Assembly: GCA_951406725.2 (NCBI GenBank)
Contig: OX597814.1
Coordinates: forward strand, 109,120,001-109,184,000
DNA: 64,000 bases
Source of the DNA: Octopus vulgaris
Lineage: Eukaryota
Reading direction: 5' to 3'
A model generated the notes under the pieces. That model saw only the letters and a program-made list of their open reading frames with translations. It made no database searches and was not told where the DNA came from. The number at the start of each line of letters is the position of its first letter. Position 1 is the stretch's first letter. Below are positions 60,806 to 64,000 of this stretch, in pieces. The translations under genes and the position numbers were made by a program.

Positions 60806-61818
60806 GTGTGTGTGTGTGTGTATGTATGTTTGTGTGTCTGTATTTGTCCCCCCAACATCTCTTGACAACTGACGGTGGTGTATTTACGTCCCTGTAACTT
60901 AGCAGTTCAGCAAAAGAGACCGATAGAATATGTACTAAGCTTCCAAAGAATAACTCCTAGGGTCGATTTTCGTTGCACCCCTTAAACCCCATCCCCAAGC
61001 TTCTGTGTGTGCGTGTATGTTGTCTACTCATGATCTTTTGTTCAAATTTTAAACCATTAAACAAATGGTCTTCCAAACTCATGTGGAATTTCCTCTTGGT
61101 TCATTCATCAAATTCCATGTTGCAGGAAAACTATTATTCAATTAGTTTATTTAGAGAATTATTTTTTTTCTTCTTCTCCTTCTTAACCATCATCATCATC
61201 ATCATCCTTTTACGTCTTTTTTTTCCCTATGGCATGGGTTCTTTGCAATAGTAATTTCCATCATTTGAAATTCGAATTATTGTTCCCAATATGGGTAAAA
61301 CATTGTCTTTCAGTCTTGGATACAACAAGATAAAATATTAGTCATTAACATGGTAGAGCTACAAGATTTGGGGAAATAAATCTCTCTCATCCACCTCTGA
61401 TACGGCACCAAAATTCTTCATTAAGGATGGCTCAACAAGCTATTAAGTGGAATATTTCTTTGAGGATTTCCTTTGTGTTTAGAGAGCATCTCCATTTGCT
61501 TGTTTATTTAATGTCTGTTTTTCAGGGTCAACATGAGGTTTTTTTTTTGGGGGGGGGGGGATCTTTTTTGAGACAAGATTTTATAGCTGGATGCTCTTCC
61601 TGTCACCAACCTATAGCAGTTTCTCAAACATAGGTTGTTTCTTATTTATTCCAAAGGCCTTCAAACACACAGAGCAACTGGTCAAAATATCAACAAGAAA
61701 TGTAAACATTTTATTACCAGCAGCGACAAGCAAAGCAACGGAATGTAAATATTCATGTACACTGGGGGGGGGGGGACACAGCAAGAAAAAAAGAGAGAGA
61801 GATGAATACAAAAATTAC

Positions 61819-61965
61819 CCCTTCCGTTGGCATGAATTTTACTTGAATATTTACTCTTTGTCCTGGCTGGAGTACTCCTGAGGGAGGAATTATTTCAAAG
61901 TTCTTACGTGGTCTCATGGCCAATGCAGCTTTTTTATTTGCTGTGTCTTGTGCTTCATTTTTGGC
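61819..61965 (-). CDS. HYDIN: HYDIN exon (AKNEAQDTANKKAALAMRPRKNFEIIPPSGVLQPGQRVNIQVKFMPTEG)
   Basis: ASH/Ig-like motif FEI.P.SGVL.PG...N.QVKFMP; 147 bp, phase 0-0. Confidence 0.94.
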
Positions 61966-62444
61966 CTAAGAGAAGAACAATTCACTGGATGAGAATTTCT
62001 AAGAAATGCCAAAGCATAAATTCTTTCAGGATCACAAAAATTACTGTTGTAACTTCAACATTTTGATTAAATATTACTCTTTCCAAACATTCAAATCTTT
62101 ACATCTCCAAAAATAATTCTAACCCCTTTGACATCAAAACCCACCCAAAACCCTTGGTTCTGCGAAACAAACTTCCTGTTCTAAAGCGATCTAAGTTAAA
62201 ATTCTTTCCACCAAAATTTCAAGTTGATTCCAAACACTGCTTTAATAATGGTAAAGTTATTTTACTAAATTCTTTGTTATTTTCAAAATTAACTGAAATA
62301 AATGAAGTGTATTTGAACATAAATATGGTAACAAAAGGGTTAAAGTGATCTAAATTAAAACATTTGTATTTCAAAAGAAATATGGTAACAAAAGGGTTAA
62401 ACATGAGCAATATTACAGCTGTAAATATTTTTAAGAGGGCTTAC

Positions 62445-62639
62445 CTGATTTTTCTTGGACGAAGATGGAAGATAGCTCCATTCACATTGAACATATTGGT
62501 GGTTATGAAGTTGGGTGCTCATTATTTTACACTCACCACATTTCACATTTTCAAAATCCAGTATATCATGAGAAACTTCCATATCAGGCATGGTGATATG
62601 AGCGCGAAGAGACACAATAATTTGTGGGCCATTTGTTAT
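62445..62639 (-). CDS. HYDIN: HYDIN exon (ITNGPQIIVSLRAHITMPDMEVSHDILDFENVKCGECKIMSTQLHNHQYVQCEW...)
   Basis: Resembles HYDIN GGPTVHICLQAKVTIPTM...DFATIQCGQC...QLSNHLQVPCEW; CAG|GTAAGC donor. Confidence 0.94.
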
Positions 62640-63889
62640 CTATTAATGATGTCACAAATAAAATTAATAAACAAAAAAAAAACAAAAAAAATAAATGAAA
62701 TGAAATGTTAAAAAAACAGTTATAAGTTCTGCAACACACCACCACCACCATCATCATTTAATGTCCATTTTCCACGCTGGCATGGGTCAGGCATTTAATA
62801 GGATCCAACTAGCTGGAAGACTGCTTTATGTTCCAATACATACTTTGGTTTGGTTCCTATAGGTGGGTGCCATTCCTTATGCCAGCCACTTTACAGTGTG
62901 TACTGGGTGCTTGGCATGTAAAAAGCACTATCCAAACATGATCGATGACAGGCCCGCTTAACTGGTCTTGTGCAAGTGGTACATAAAAAGCACCATTCGA
63001 GCGTGGTCGATGCCAGTACCGCCTGACTGGCTCCTGTACTGGTGGCATGTAAAAAGCACTCACTACAGTCTCGGAGTGGTTGGCATTGGGAAGGGCATCC
63101 AGCTGTAGAAACCTTGCCAGATGAGATTGGATCCTGGTGCAGCCATTGTCTCTTCAAACCTCAAACTGTCCAACCCATGCCAGCATGGAAAACGGATGTT
63201 AAACAATGATGATGATGATGATGATGATGATTAACATTAGTGAGATCACCAAATAAGTCACATGACAAAGAAAAAGGCCCTGAGTCAGCAGGTAATAAAG
63301 GGACAGGTGACTTAATACCAGGTATTGATAAATTAAAGTATGATAGAGGGACTGGCATAGGTGTCTTACTATAGGGGAGATATGTGGCCAACCCACAGTA
63401 TATAAGGGTGGGTGAGGGTAGGTGATGGTGGTGATGGGGTGGCAGGGTGGACTCTCAAGATACAAGAAGGTAAGTTTGAGAGAGAATACAAAACATCAGG
63501 AATGGTGAGTGGACAAATGGGTTAGGGTTAGGTGAGAGGAGAGTGAGAGATGGTTATAGATGGGTGTTGAGGTGAATGGAACCAGGGTGGAAATGTGGAT
63601 AATGGTAAATACCAGTGTGGGGATGGGTGGGGAGGTGAAGGAATGGAAATGGCTGAGAATGGATGATGTGATAATGGCAGGAGAGAAAGGGTGGAGAACA
63701 GCAGTGAAATAAACCTGTAGATGGATCAGAAAATATACATTTATTATATGAGAGCCATGTCAGGTAAATAGAGGTACATGTTCTTTGAAGCAGTTAGGGT
63801 GAGATAAGTGATCAAATGTGTTTTTTTTCCTTTTGTAGAAGCAGTTAGGGTGAGATAAATGATCAAATGTTTTTTTTTTTCCTTTTGTA

Positions 63890-64000
63890 AAGTGAAAGGA
63901 AGATTGTATGATGTATGTGTACAAACTGCACTGTTACATGGTAGTGAGACATGGGCTCTGGATGCAGAGAACATGCGAAGATTAGAGAGGAATGAAGCCA
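63890..64000 (+). mobile_element. RTE LINE ORF C-terminal fragment
   Basis: KGRLYDVCVQTALLHGSETWAL...RLERNEA, homologous to about 39525-39960. Confidence 0.65.

Noticed and set aside
5844-63391. Dozens of short ORFs with recurring peptides such as FLQLDALPNANH, GAFYVPPA and IHSQGFGRPEAIVEDTCPRC
   Set aside because: They are translations of high-copy non-coding SINE / LINE-tail repeats in several frames and on both strands, not a gene family.

Overview
AT-rich, repeat-dense animal genomic DNA, most likely an octopus or other coleoid cephalopod (inferred from the SINE families, not proven). The host gene is HYDIN (ciliary central-pair protein) on the minus strand: 13 exons from 62639 down to 16006 splice GT-AG with continuous reading phase, and one further exon is likely at 5662-5717. 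The introns hold a very young CsRn1-clade Ty3/Gypsy LTR element (21154-26466), two Penelope-like (PLE) RT/GIY-YIG elements (one a 3.1-kb near-perfect fold-back), mariner relics, CR1, RTE and R4-type LINE fragments, a non-autonomous Helitron, hAT, piggyBac and Tigger-type MITEs and many tRNA-derived SINEs. The most unusual signal is a set of unrelated short head-to-head fold-back insertions (about 12.3, 45.1, 52.5, 55.7 and 57.8 kb), plus the PLE ends, that carry minimal type I hammerhead-ribozyme folds. Their cores co-vary at the C3-G8 pair (CUGAUGA, UUGAUAA, GUGAACA; also CCGAAGA), and one is fused to a tRNA-derived head. This looks like a PLE-mobilised retrozyme / ribozyme-SINE system. All folds were derived by eye and no activity has been shown.
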